Positions 44,601-59,600 of a DNA stretch of 64,000 bases are shown here, piece after piece. The translations under genes were made by a program, and so were the position numbers. A model generated the notes under the pieces. That model searched no databases. It had not been told where the DNA came from and saw only the letters and a list, made by a program, of their open reading frames with translations. Each line of letters starts with the position of its first letter. Positions within the stretch are counted from its first letter, which is position 1. Source of the stretch: Eledone cirrhosa (lineage: Eukaryota); assembly GCA_964016885.1 (NCBI GenBank), contig OZ024740.1, forward strand, positions 415,772,001 through 415,836,000, given 5' to 3'.

Positions 44601-47600
44601 GGGTATGGACATATGTTGTGTATGGGGGATGACAGTAAATCAGATATAGTGTGTAAGAGAGAACACTGTGGATATGGACATATGTTGTGTATGGGGGATG
44701 ACAGTGAATCAGATATAGTGTGTAAGAGAGAACACTGTGGGTATGGACATATGTTGTGTATGGGGGATGACAGTGAATCAGATATAGTGTGTAAGAGAGA
44801 ACACTGTGGGTATGGACATATGTTGTGTATGGGGGAAGACAGTGAATCAGATATAGAGTGTAAGAGAGAACACTGTGGGTATGGACATATGTTGTGTATG
44901 GGGGATGACAGTGAATCAGATATAGTATGTAAGAGAGAACACTGTGGGTATGGACATATGTTGTGTATGGGGGATGACAGTGAATCAGATATAGTGTGTA
45001 AGAGAGAACACTGTGGGTATGGACATATGTTGTGTATGGTGGTTGACAGTGAATCAGATATAGTGTGTAAGAGAGAACACTGTGGGTATGGACATATGTT
45101 GTGTATGGGGGATGACAGTGAATCAGATATAGTGTGTAAGAGACAACACTGTGGGTATGGACATATGTTGTGTATGGTGGTTGACAGTGAATCAAATATA
45201 GTGTGTAAGAGAGAACACTGTGGTTATGGACATATGTTGTGTAAGGTGGTTGACAGTGAATCAGATATAGTGTGTAAGAGAGAACACTGTGGGTATGGAC
45301 ATATGTTGTGTATGGGTGATGACAGTCAATCAGATATAGAGTGTAAGAGAGAACACTGTGGGTATGGACATATGTTGTGTATGGGGGATGACAGTGAATC
45401 AGATATAGTGTGTAAGAGAGAACACTGTGGGTATGGACATATGTTGTGTATGGGGGATGACAGTGAATCAAATATAGTGTGTAAGAGAGAACACTGTGGG
45501 TATGGACATATGTTGTGTATGGGGGATGACAGTGAATCAGATATAGTGTGTAAGAGAGAACACTGTGGGTATGGACATATGTTGTGTATGGTGGTTGACA
45601 GTGAATCAGATATAGTGTGTAAGAGAGAACACTGTGGGTATGGACATATGTTGTGTATGGAGGATGACAGTGAATCAGATATAGTGTGTAAGAGACAACA
45701 CTGTGGGTATGGACATATGTTGTGTATGGTGATTGACAGTGAATCAGATATAGTGTGTAAGAGAGAACACTGTGGCTATGGACATATGTTGTGTAAGGTG
45801 GTTGACAGTGAATCCGATATAGTGTGTAAGAGAGAACACTGTGGGTATGGACATATGTTGTGTATGGGGGAAGACAGTGAATCAGATATAGAGTGTATTA
45901 GAGAACACTGTGGGTATGGACATATTTTGTGTATGGGGGAAGACAGTGAATCAGATATAGAGTGTAAGAGAGAACACTGTGGGTATGGACATATGTTGTG
46001 TATGGGGCATGGCAGTGAATCAGATATAGTGTGTAAGAGAGAACACTGTGGGTATGGACATATGTTGTGTATGGGGGAAGACAGTGAATCAGATATAGAG
46101 TGTAAGAGAGAACACTGTGGGTATGGACATATGTTGTGTATGGGGGATGACAGTGAATCAGATATAGTATGTAAGAGAGAACACTGTGGGTATGGACATA
46201 TGTTGTGTATGGGGGATGACAGTGAATCAGATATAGTGTGTAAGAGAGAACACTGTGGGTATGGACATATGTTGTGTATGGTGGTTGACAGTGAATCAGA
46301 TATAGTGTGTAAGAGAGAACACTGTGGGTATGGACATATGTTGTGTATGGTGGTTGACAGTGAATCAGATATAGTGTGTAAGAGAGAACACTGTGGGTAT
46401 GGACATATGTTGTGTATGGGGGTTGACAGTGAATCAGATATAGTGTGTAAGAGACAACACTGTGGGTATGGACATATGTTGTGTATGGTGATTGACAGTG
46501 AATCAGATATAGTGTGTAAGAGAGAACACTGTGGCTATGGACATATGTTGTGTAAGGTGGTTGACAGTGAATCCGATATAGTGTGTAAGAGAGAACACTG
46601 TGGGTATGGACATATGTTGTGTATGGGGGAAGACAGTGAATCAGATATAGAGTGTATGAGAGAACACTGTGGGTATGGACATATTTTGTGTATGGGGCAT
46701 GGCAGTGAATCAGATATAGTGTGTAAGAGAGAACACTGTGGGTATGGACATATGTTGTGTATGGGGGATGACAGTGAATCAGATACAGTGTGTAAGAGAG
46801 AACACTGTGGGTATGGATATATGTTGTGTATGGGGGATGACAGTGAATCAGATATAGTGTGTAAGAGAGAACACTGTGGGTATGGACATATGTTGTGTAT
46901 GGGGGATGACAGTGAATAAGATATAGTGTGTAAGACAGAACACTGTGGGTATGGACATATGTTGTGTATGGGGGATGACAGTAAATCAGATATAGTGTGT
47001 AAGAGAGAACACTGTGGGTATGGACATATGTTGTGTATGGGGGATGACAGTGAATCAGATATAGTGTGTAAGAGAGAACACTGTGGGTATGGACATATGT
47101 TGTGTATGGGGGATGACAGTGAATCAGATATAGTGTGTAAGAGAGAACACTGTGGGTATGGACATATGTTGTGTATGGGGGATGACAGTGAATCAGATAT
47201 AGTGTGTAAGAGAGAACACTGTGGGTATGGACATATGTTGTGTATAGGGGATGACAGTGAATATGATATAGAGTGTAAGAGAGAACACTGTGGGTATGGA
47301 CATATGTTGTGTATGGGGGATGACAGTAAATCAGATATAGTGTGTAAGAGAGAACACTGTGGATATGGACATATGTTGTGTATGGGGGATGACAGTGAAT
47401 CAGATATAGTGTGTAAGAGAGAACACTGTGGGTATGGACATATGTTGTGTATGGGGGATGACAGTGAATCAGATATAGTGTGTAAGAGAGAACACTGTGG
47501 GTATGGAAATATGTTGTGTATGGGGGATGACATTGAATCAGATATAGTGTGTATGAGAGAACACTGTGGGTATGGGCATATGTTGTGTATGGGGGATGAC

Positions 47601-50600
47601 AGTGAATCAGATATAGTATGTAAGAGAGAACACTGTGGGTATGGACATATGTTGTGTATGGGGGATGACAGTGAATCAGATATAGTGTGTAAGAGAGAAC
47701 ACTGTGGGTATGGACATATGTTGTGTATGGGGGATGACAGTGAATCAGATATAGTGTGTAAGAGAGAACACTGTGGGTATGGACATATGTTGTGTATGGG
47801 GGAAGACAGTGAATCAGATATAGAGTGTAAGAGAGAACACTGTGGGTATGGACATATGTTGTGTATGGGGGATGACAGTGAATCAGATATAGTAAGTAAG
47901 AGAGAACACTGTGGGTATGGACATATGTTGTGTATGGGGGATGACAGTGAATCAGATATAGTGTGTAAGAGAGAACACTGTGGGTATGGACATATGTTGT
48001 GTATGGTGGTTGACAGTGAATCAGATATAGTGTGTAAGAGAGAACACTGTGGGTATGGACATATGTTGTGTATGGGGGATGACAGTGAATCAGATATAGT
48101 GTGTAAGAGACAACACTGTGGGTATGGACATATGTTGTGTATGGTGGTTGACAGTGAATCAGATATAGTGTGTAAGAGAGAACACTGTGGTTATGGACAT
48201 ATGTTGTGTAAGGTGGTTGACAGTGAATCAGATATAGTGTGTAAGAGAGAACACTGTGGGTATGGACATATGTTGTGTATGGGTGATGACAGTCAATCAG
48301 ATATAGAGTGTAAGAGAGAACACTGTGGGTATGGACATATGTTGTGTATGGGGGATGACAGTGAATCAGATATAGTGTGTAAGAGAGAACACTGTGGGTA
48401 TGGACATATGTTGTGTATGGGGGATGACAGTGAATCAAATATAGTGTGTAAGAGAGAACACTGTGGGTATGGACATATGTTGTGTATGGGGGATGACAGT
48501 GAATCAGATATAGTGTGTAAGAGAGAACACTGTGGGTATGGACATATGTTGTGTATGGTGGTTGACAGTGAATCAGATATAGTGTGTAAGAGAGAACACT
48601 GTGGGTATGGACATATGTTGTGTATGGAGGATGACAGTGAATCAGATATAGTGTGTAAGAGACAACACTGTGGGTATGGACATATGTTGTGTATGGTGAT
48701 TGACAGTGAATCAGATATAGTGTGTAAGAGAGAACACTGTGGCTATGGACATATGTTGTGTCAGGTGGTTGACAGTGAATCCGATATAGTGTGTATGAGA
48801 GAACACTGTGGGTATGGACATATGTTGTGTATGGGGGAAGACGGTGAATCAGATATAGAGTGTATTAGAGAACACTGTGGGTATGGACATATGTTGTGTA
48901 TGGGGGATGACAGTGAATCAGATATAGTGTGTATGAGAGAACACTGTGGGTATGGACATATGTTGTGTATCGGGGAAGACAGTGAATCAGATATAGAGTG
49001 TAAGAGAGAACACTGTGGGTATGGACATATGTTGTGTATGGGGGAAGACAGTGAATCAGATATAGTGTGTAAGAGAGAACACTGTGGGTATGGTCATATT
49101 TTGTGTATGGGGGATGACAGTGAATCAGATATAGTATGTAAGAGAGAACACTGTGGGTATGGACATATGTTGTGTCAGGTGGTTGACAGTGAATCCGATA
49201 TAGTGTGTATGAGAGAACACTGTGGGTATGGACATATGTTGTGTATGGGTGATGACAGTCAATCAGATATAGAGTGTAAGAGAGAACACTGTGGGTATGG
49301 ACATATGTTGTGTATGGGGGATGACAGTGAATCAGATATAGTGTGTATGAGAGAACACTGTGGGTATGGACATATGTTGTGTATCGGGGAAGACAGTGAA
49401 TCAGATATAGAGTGTAAGAGAGAACACTGTGGGTATGGACATATGTTGTGTATGGGGGAAGACAGTGAATCAGATATAGTGTGTAAGAGAGAACACTGTG
49501 GGTATGGTCATATTTTGTGTATGGGGGATGACAGTGAATCAGATATAGTATGTAAGAGAGAACACTGTGGGTATGGACATATGTTGTGTATGGGGGATGA
49601 CAGTGAATCAGATATAGTGTGTAAGAGAGAACACTGTGGGTATGGACATATGTTGTGTATGGGGGATGACAGTGAATCAGATATAGTGTGTAAGAGAGAA
49701 CACTGTGGGTATGGACATATGTTGTGTATGGGGCATGGCAGTGAATCAGATATAGTGTGTAAGAGAGAACACTGTGGGTATGGACATATGTTGTGTATGG
49801 GGGATGACAGTGAATCAGATATAGTGTGTAAGAGAGAACACTGTGGGTATGGACATATTTTGTGTATGGGGCATGGCAGTGAATCAGATATAGTGTGTAA
49901 GAGAGAACACTGTGGGTATGGACATATGTTGTGTATGGGGGATGACAGTGAATCAGATACAGTGTGTAAGAGAGAACACTGTGGGTATGGATATATGTTG
50001 TGTATGGGGGATGACAGTGAATCAGATATAGTGTGTAAGAGAGAACACTGTGGGTATGGACATATGTTGTGTATGGGGGATGACAGTGAATAAGATATAG
50101 TGTGTAAGACAGAACACTGTGGGTATGGACATATGTTGTGTATGGGGGATGACAGTAAATCAGATATAGTGTGTAAGAGAGAACACTGTGGGTATGGACA
50201 TATGTTGTGTATGGGGGATGACAGTGAATCAGATATAGTGTGTAAGAGAGAACACTGTGGGTATGGACATATGTTGTGTATGGGGGATGACAGTGAATCA
50301 GATATAGTGTGTAAGAGAGAACACTGTGGGTATGGACATATGTTGTGTATGGGGGATGACAGTGAATCAGATATAGTGTGTAAGAGAGAACACTGTGGGT
50401 ATGGACATATGTTGTGTATAGGGGATGACAGTGAATATGATATAGAGTGTAAGAGAGAACACTGTGGGTATGGACATATGTTGTGTATGGGGGATGACAG
50501 TAAATCAGATATAGTGTGTAAGAGAGAACACTGTGGATATGGACATATGTTGTGTATGGGGGATGACAGTGAATCAGATATAGTGTGTAAGAGAGAACAC

Positions 50601-53600
50601 TGTGGGTATGGACATATGTTGTGTATGGGGGATGACAGTGAATCAGATATAGTGTGTAAGAGAGAACACTGTGGGTATGGAAATATGTTGTGTATGGGGG
50701 ATGACATTGAATCAGATATAGTGTGTATGAGAGAACACTGTGGGTATGGGCATATGTTGTGTATGGGGGATGACAGTGAATCAGATATAGTATGTAAGAG
50801 AGAACACTGTGGGTATGGACATATGTTGTGTATGGGGGATGACAGTGAATCAGATATAGTGTGTAAGAGAGAACACTGTGGGTATGGACATATGTTGTGT
50901 ATGGGGGATGACAGTGAATCAGATATAGTGTGTAAGAGAGAACACTGTGGGTATGGACATATGTTGTGTATGGGGGAAGACAGTGAATCAGATATAGAGT
51001 GTAAGAGAGAACACTGTGGGTATGGACATATGTTGTGTATGGGGGATGACAGTGAATCAGATATAGTAAGTAAGAGAGAACACTGTGGGTATGGACATAT
51101 GTTGTGTATGGGGGATGACAGTGAATCAGATATAGTGTGTAAGAGAGAACACTGTGGGTATGGACATATGTTGTGTATGGTGGTTGACAGTGAATCAGAT
51201 ATAGTGTGTAAGAGAGAACACTGTGGGTATGGACATATGTTGTGTATGGGGGATGACAGTGAATCAGATATAGTGTGTAAGAGACAACACTGTGGGTATG
51301 GACATATGTTGTGTATGGTGGTTGACAGTGAATCAGATATAGTGTGTAAGAGAGAACACTGTGGTTATGGACATATGTTGTGTAAGGTGGTTGACAGTGA
51401 ATCAGATATAGTGTGTAAGAGAGAACACTGTGGGTATGGACATATGTTGTGTATGGGTGATGACAGTCAATCAGATATAGAGTGTAAGAGAGAACACTGT
51501 GGGTATGGACATATGTTGTGTATGGGGGATGACAGTGAATCAGATATAGTGTGTAAGAGAGAACACTGTGGCTATGGACATATGTTGTGTCAGGTGGTTG
51601 ACAGTGAATCCGATATAGTGTGTATGAGAGAACACTGTGGGTATGGACATATGTTGTGTATGGGGGAAGACGGTGAATCAGATATAGAGTGTATTAGAGA
51701 ACACTGTGGGTATGGACATATGTTGTGTATGGGGGATGACAGTGAATCAGATATAGTGTGTATGAGAGAACACTGTGGGTATGGACATATGTTGTGTATC
51801 GGGGAAGACAGTGAATCAGATATAGAGTGTAAGAGAGAACACTGTGGGTATGGACATATGTTGTGTATGGGGGAAGACAGTGAATCAGATATAGTGTGTA
51901 AGAGAGAACACTGTGGGTATGGTCATATTTTGTGTATGGGGGATGACAGTGAATCAGATATAGTATGTAAGAGAGAACACTGTGGGTATGGACATATGTT
52001 GTGTCAGGTGGTTGACAGTGAATCCGATATAGTGTGTATGAGAGAACACTGTGGGTATGGACATATGTTGTGTATGGGTGATGACAGTCAATCAGATATA
52101 GAGTGTAAGAGAGAACACTGTGGGTATGGACATATGTTGTGTATGGGGGATGACAGTGAATCAGATATAGTGTGTATGAGAGAACACTGTGGGTATGGAC
52201 ATATGTTGTGTATCGGGGAAGACAGTGAATCAGATATAGAGTGTAAGAGAGAACACTGTGGGTATGGACATATGTTGTGTATGGGGGAAGACAGTGAATC
52301 AGATATAGTGTGTAAGAGAGAACACTGTGGGTATGGTCATATTTTGTGTATGGGGGATGACAGTGAATCAGATATAGTATGTAAGAGAGAACACTGTGGG
52401 TATGGACATATGTTGTGTATGGGGGATGACAGTGAATCAGATATAGTGTGTAAGAGAGAACACTGTGGGTATGGACATATGTTGTGTATGGGGGATGACA
52501 GTGAATCAGATATAGTGTGTAAGAGAGAACACTGTGGGTATGGACATATGTTGTGTATGGGGCATGGCAGTGAATCAGATATAGTGTGTAAGAGAGAACA
52601 CTGTGGGTATGGACATATGTTGTGTATGGGGGATGACAGTGAATCAGATATAGTGTGTAAGAGAGAACACTGTGGGTATGGACATATTTTGTGTATGGGG
52701 CATGGCAGTGAATCAGATATAGTGTGTAAGAGAGAACACTGTGGGTATGGACATATGTTGTGTATGGGGGATGACAGTGAATCAGATACAGTGTGTAAGA
52801 GAGAACACTGTGGGTATGGATATATGTTGTGTATGGGGGATGACAGTGAATCAGATATAGTGTGTAAGAGAGAACACTGTGGGTATGGACATATGTTGTG
52901 TATGGGGGATGACAGTGAATAAGATATAGTGTGTAAGACAGAACACTGTGGGTATGGACATATGTTGTGTATGGGGGATGACAGTAAATCAGATATAGTG
53001 TGTAAGAGAGAACACTGTGGGTATGGACATATGTTGTGTATGGGGGATGACAGTGAATCAGATATAGTGTGTAAGAGAGAACACTGTGGGTATGGACATA
53101 TGTTGTGTATGGGGGATGACAGTGAATCAGATATAGTGTGTAAGAGAGAACACTGTGGGTATGGACATATGTTGTGTATGGGGGATGACAGTGAATCAGA
53201 TATAGTGTGTAAGAGAGAACACTGTGGGTATGGACATATGTTGTGTATAGGGGATGACAGTGAATATGATATAGAGTGTAAGAGAGAACACTGTGGGTAT
53301 GGACATATGTTGTGTATGGGGGATGACAGTAAATCAGATATAGTGTGTAAGAGAGAACACTGTGGATATGGACATATGTTGTGTATGGGGGATGACAGTG
53401 AATCAGATATAGTGTGTAAGAGAGAACACTGTGGGTATGGACATATGTTGTGTATGGGGGATGACAGTGAATCAGATATAGTGTGTAAGAGAGAACACTG
53501 TGGGTATGGAAATATGTTGTGTATGGGGGATGACATTGAATCAGATATAGTGTGTATGAGAGAACACTGTGGGTATGGGCATATGTTGTGTATGGGGGAT

Positions 53601-56600
53601 GACAGTGAATCAGATATAGTATGTAAGAGAGAACACTGTGGGTATGGACATATGTTGTGTATGGGGGATGACAGTGAATCAGATATAGTGTGTAAGAGAG
53701 AACACTGTGGGTATGGACATATGTTGTGTATGGGGGATGACAGTGAATCAGATATAGTGTGTAAGAGAGAACACTGTGGGTATGGACATATGTTGTGTAT
53801 GGGGGAAGACAGTGAATCAGATATAGAGTGTAAGAGAGAACACTGTGGGTATGGACATATGTTGTGTATGGGGGATGACAGTGAATCAGATATAGTAAGT
53901 AAGAGAGAACACTGTGGGTATGGACATATGTTGTGTATGGGGGATGACAGTGAATCAGATATAGTGTGTAAGAGAGAACACTGTGGGTATGGACATATGT
54001 TGTGTATGGTGGTTGACAGTGAATCAGATATAGTGTGTAAGAGAGAACACTGTGGGTATGGACATATGTTGTGTATGGGGGATGACAGTGAATCAGATAT
54101 AGTGTGTAAGAGACAACACTGTGGGTATGGACATATGTTGTGTATGGTGGTTGACAGTGAATCAGATATAGTGTGTAAGAGAGAACACTGTGGTTATGGA
54201 CATATGTTGTGTAAGGTGGTTGACAGTGAATCAGATATAGTGTGTAAGAGAGAACACTGTGGGTATGGACATATGTTGTGTATGGGTGATGACAGTCAAT
54301 CAGATATAGAGTGTAAGAGAGAACACTGTGGGTATGGACATATGTTGTGTATGGGGGATGACAGTGAAACAGATATAGTGTGTAAGAGAGAACACTGTGG
54401 GTATGGACATATGTTGTGTATGGGGGATGACAGTGAATCAAATATAGTGTGTAAGAGAGAACACTGTGGGTATGGACATATGTTGTGTATGGGGGATGAC
54501 AGTGAATCAGATATAGTGTGTAAGAGAGAACACTGTGGGTATGGACATATGTTGTGTATGGTGGTTGACAGTGAATCAGATATAGTGTGTAAGAGAGAAC
54601 ACTGTGGGTATGGACATATGTTGTGTATGGAGGATGACAGTGAATCAGATATAGTGTGTAAGAGACAACACTGTGGGTATGGACATATGTTGTGTATGGT
54701 GATTGACAGTGAATCAGATATAGTGTGTAAGAGAGAACACTGTGGCTATGGACATATGTTGTGTCAGGTGGTTGACAGTGAATCCGATATAGTGTGTATG
54801 AGAGAACACTGTGGGTATGGACATATGTTGTGTATGGGGGAAGACAGTGAATCAGATATAGAGTGTATTAGAGAACACTGTGGGTATGGACATATGTTGT
54901 GTATGGGGGATGACAGTGAATCAGATATAGTGTGTATGAGAGAACACTGTGGGTATGGACATATGTTGTGTATCGGGGAAGACAGTGAATCAGATATAGA
55001 GTGTAAGAGAGAACACTGTGGGTATGGACATATGTTGTGTATGGGGGAAGACAGTGAATCAGATATAGTGTGTAAGAGAGAACACTGTGGGTATGGTCAT
55101 ATTTTGTGTATGGGGGATGACAGTGAATCAGATATAGTATGTAAGAGAGAACACTGTGGGTATGGACATATGTTGTGTCAGGTGGTTGACAGTGAATCCG
55201 ATATAGTGTGTATGAGAGAACACTGTGGGTATGGACATATGTTGTGTATGGGTGATGACAGTCAATCAGATATAGAGTGTAAGAGCGAACACTGTGGGTA
55301 TGGACATATGTTGTGTATGGGGGATGACAGTGAATCAGATATAGTGTGTATGAGAGAACACTGTGGGTATGGACATATGTTGTGTATCGGGGAAGACAGT
55401 GAATCAGATATAGAGTGTAAGAGAGAACACTGTGGGTATGGACATATGTTGTGTATGGGGGAAGACAGTGAATCAGATATAGTGTGTAAGAGAGAACACT
55501 GTGGGTATGGTCATATTTTGTGTATGGGGGATGACAGTGAATCAGATATAGTATGTAAGAGAGAACACTGTGGGTATGGACATATGTTGTGTATGGGGGA
55601 TGACAGTGAATCAGATATAGTGTGTAAGAGAGAACACTGTGGGTATGGACATATGTTGTGTATGGGGGAAGACAGTGAATCAGATATAGAGTGTAAGAGA
55701 GAACACTGTGGGTATGGACATATGTTGTGTATGGGGGATGACAGTGAATCAGATATAGTATGTAAGAGAGAACACTGTGGGTATGGACATATGTTGTGTA
55801 TGGGGGATGACAGTGAATCAGATATAGTGTGTAAGAGAGAACACTGTGGGTATGGACATATGTTGTGTATGGTGGTTGACAGTGAATCAGATATAGTGTG
55901 TAAGAGAGAACACTGTGGGTATGGACATATGTTGTGTATGGGGGTTGACAGTGAATCAGATATAGTGTGTAAGAGAGAACACTGTGGGTATGGACATATG
56001 TTGTGTATGGGGGTTGACAGTGAATCAGATATAGTGTGTAAGAGACAACACTGTGGGTATGGACATATGTTGTGTATGGTGATTGACAGTGAATCAGATA
56101 TAGTGTGTAAGAGAGAACACTGTGGGTATGGTCATATTTTGTGTATGGGGGATGACAGTGAATCAGATATAGTATGTAAGAGAGAACACTGTGGGTATGG
56201 ACATATGTTGTGTATGGGGGATGACAGTGAATCAGATATAGTGTGTAAGAGAGAACACTGTGGGTATGGACATATGTTGTGTATGGGGGATGACAGTGAA
56301 TCAGATATAGTGTGTAAGAGAGAACACTGTGGGTATGGACATATGTTGTGTATGGGGGAAGACAGTGAATCAGATATAGAGTGTAAGAGAGAACACTGTG
56401 GGTATGGACATATGTTGTGTATGGGGGATGACAGTGAATCAGATATAGTATGTAAGAGAGAACACTGTGGGTATGGACATATGTTGTGTATGGGGGATGA
56501 CAGTGAATCAGATATAGTGTGTAAGAGAGAACACTGTGGGTATGGACATATGTTGTGTATGGTGGTTGACAGTGAATCAGATATAGTGTGTAAGAGAGAA

Positions 56601-59600
56601 CACTGTGGGTATGGACATATGTTCTGTATGGTGGTTGACAGTGAATCAGATATAGTGTGTAAGAGAGAACACTGTGGGTATGGACATATGTTGTGTATGG
56701 GGGTTGACAGTGAATCAGATATAGTGTGTAAGAGACAACACTGTGGGTATGGACATATGTTGTGTATGGTGATTGACAGTGAATCAGATATAGTGTGTAA
56801 GAGAGAACACTGTGGCTATGGACATATGTTGTGTAAGGTGGTTGACAGTGAATCCGATATAGTGTGTAAGAGAGAACACTGTGGGTATGGACATATGTTG
56901 TGTATGGGGGAAGACAGTGAATCAGATATAGAGTGTATGAGAGAACACTGTGGGTATGGACATATTTTGTGTATGGGGGAAGACAGTGAATCAGATATAG
57001 AGTGTAAGAGAGAACACTGTGGGTATGGACATATGTTGTGTATGGGGCATGGCAGTGAATCAGATATAGTGTGTAAGAGAGAACACTGTGGGTATGGACA
57101 TATGTTGTGTATGGGGGATGACAGTGAATCAGATACAGTGTGTAAGAGAGAACACTGTGGGTATGGATATATGTTGTGTATGGGGGATGACAGTGAATCA
57201 GATATAGTGTGTAAGAGAGAACACTGTGGGTATGGACATATGTTGTGTATGGGGGATGACAGTGAATAAGATATAGTGTGTAAGACAGAACACTGTGGGT
57301 ATGGACATATGTTGTGTATGGGGGATGACAGTAAATCAGATATAGTGTGTAAGAGAGAACACTGTGGGTATGGACATATGTTGTGTATGGGGGATGACAG
57401 TGAATCAGATATAGTGTGTAAGAGAGAACACTGTGGGTATGGACATATGTTGTGTATGGGGGATGACAGTGAATCAGATATAGTGTGTAAGAGAGAACAC
57501 TGTGGGTATGGACATATGTTGTGTATGGGGGATGACAGTGAATCAGATATAGTGTGTAAGAGAGAACACTGTGGGTATGGACATATGTTGTGTATGGGGG
57601 ATGACAGTGAATCAGATATAGTGTGTAAGAGAGAACACTGTGGGTATGGACATATGTTGTGTATAGGGGATGACAGTGAATATGATATAGAGTGTAAGAG
57701 AGAACACTGTGGGTATGGACATATGTTGTGTATGGGGGATGACAGTAAATCAGATATAGTGTGTAAGAGAGAACACTGTGGATATGGACATATGTTGTGT
57801 ATGGGGGATGACAGTGAATCAGATATAGTGTGTAAGAGAGAACACTGTGGGTATGGACATATGTTGTGTATGGGGGATGACAGTGAATCAGATATAGTGT
57901 GTAAGAGAGAACACTGTGGGTATGGAAATATGTTGTGTATGGGGGATGACATTGAATCAGATATAGTGTGTATGAGAGAACACTGTGGGTATGGGCATAT
58001 GTTGTGTATGGGGGATGACAGTGAATCAGATATAGTATGTAAGAGAGAACACTGTGGGTATGGACATATGTTGTGTATGGGGGATGACAGTGAATCAGAT
58101 ATAGTGTGTAAGAGAGAACACTGTGGGTATGGACATATGTTGTGTATGGGGGATGACAGTGAATCAGATATAGTGTGTAAGAGAGAACACTGTGGGTATG
58201 GACATATGTTGTGTATGGGGGAAGACAGTGAATCAGATATAGAGTGTAAGAGAGAACACTGTGGGTATGGACATATGTTGTGTATGGGGGATGACAGTGA
58301 ATCAGATATAGTATGTAAGAGAGAACACTGTGGGTATGGACATATGTTGTGTATGGGGGATGACAGTGAATCAGATATAGTGTGTAAGAGAGAACACTGT
58401 GGGTATGGACATATGTTGTGTATGGTGGTTGACAGTGAATCAGATATAGTGTGTAAGAGAGAACACTGTGGGTATGGACATATGTTGTGTATGGGGGATG
58501 ACAGTGAATCAGATATAGTGTGTAAGAGACAACACTGTGGGTATGGACATATGTTGTGTATGGTGGTTGACAGTGAATCAGATATAGTGTGTAAGAGAGA
58601 ACACTGTGGTTATGGACATATGTTGTGTAAGGTGGTTGACAGTGAATCAGATATAGTGTGTAAGAGAGAACACTGTGGGTATGGACATATGTTGTGTATG
58701 GGTGATGACAGTCAATCAGATATAGAGTGTAAGAGAGAACACTGTGGGTATGGACATATGTTGTGTATGGGGGATGACAGTGAATCAGATATAGTGTGTA
58801 AGAGAGAACACTGTGGGTATGGACATATGTTGTGTATGGGGGATGACAGTGAATCAAATATAGTGTGTAAGAGAGAACACTGTGGGTATGGACATATGTT
58901 GTGTATGGGGGATGACAGTGAATCAGATATAGTGTGTAAGAGAGAACACTGTGGGTATGGACATATGTTGTGTATGGTGGTTGACAGTGAATCAGATATA
59001 GTGTGTAAGAGAGAACACTGTGGGTATGGACATATGTTGTGTATGGAGGATGACAGTGAATCAGATATAGTGTGTAAGAGACAACACTGTGGGTATGGAC
59101 ATATGTTGTGTATGGTGATTGACAGTGAATCAGATATAGTGTGTAAGAGAGAACACTGTGGCTATGGACATATGTTGTGTAAGGTGGTTGACAGTGAATC
59201 CGATATAGTGTGTAAGAGAGAACACTGTGGGTATGGACATATGTTGTGTATGGGGGAAGACAGTGAATCAGATATAGAGTGTATTAGAGAACACTGTGGG
59301 TATGGACATATTTTGTGTATGGGGGAAGACAGTGAATCAGATATAGAGTGTAAGAGAGAACACTGTGGGTATGGACATATGTTGTGTATGGGGCATGGCA
59401 GTGAATCAGATATAGTGTGTAAGAGAGAACACTGTGGGTATGGACATATGTTGTGTATGGGGGAAGACAGTGAATCAGATATAGAGTGTAAGAGAGAACA
59501 CTGTGGGTATGGACATATGTTGTGTATGGGGGATGACAGTGAATCAGATATAGTATGTAAGAGAGAACACTGTGGGTATGGACATATGTTGTGTATGGGG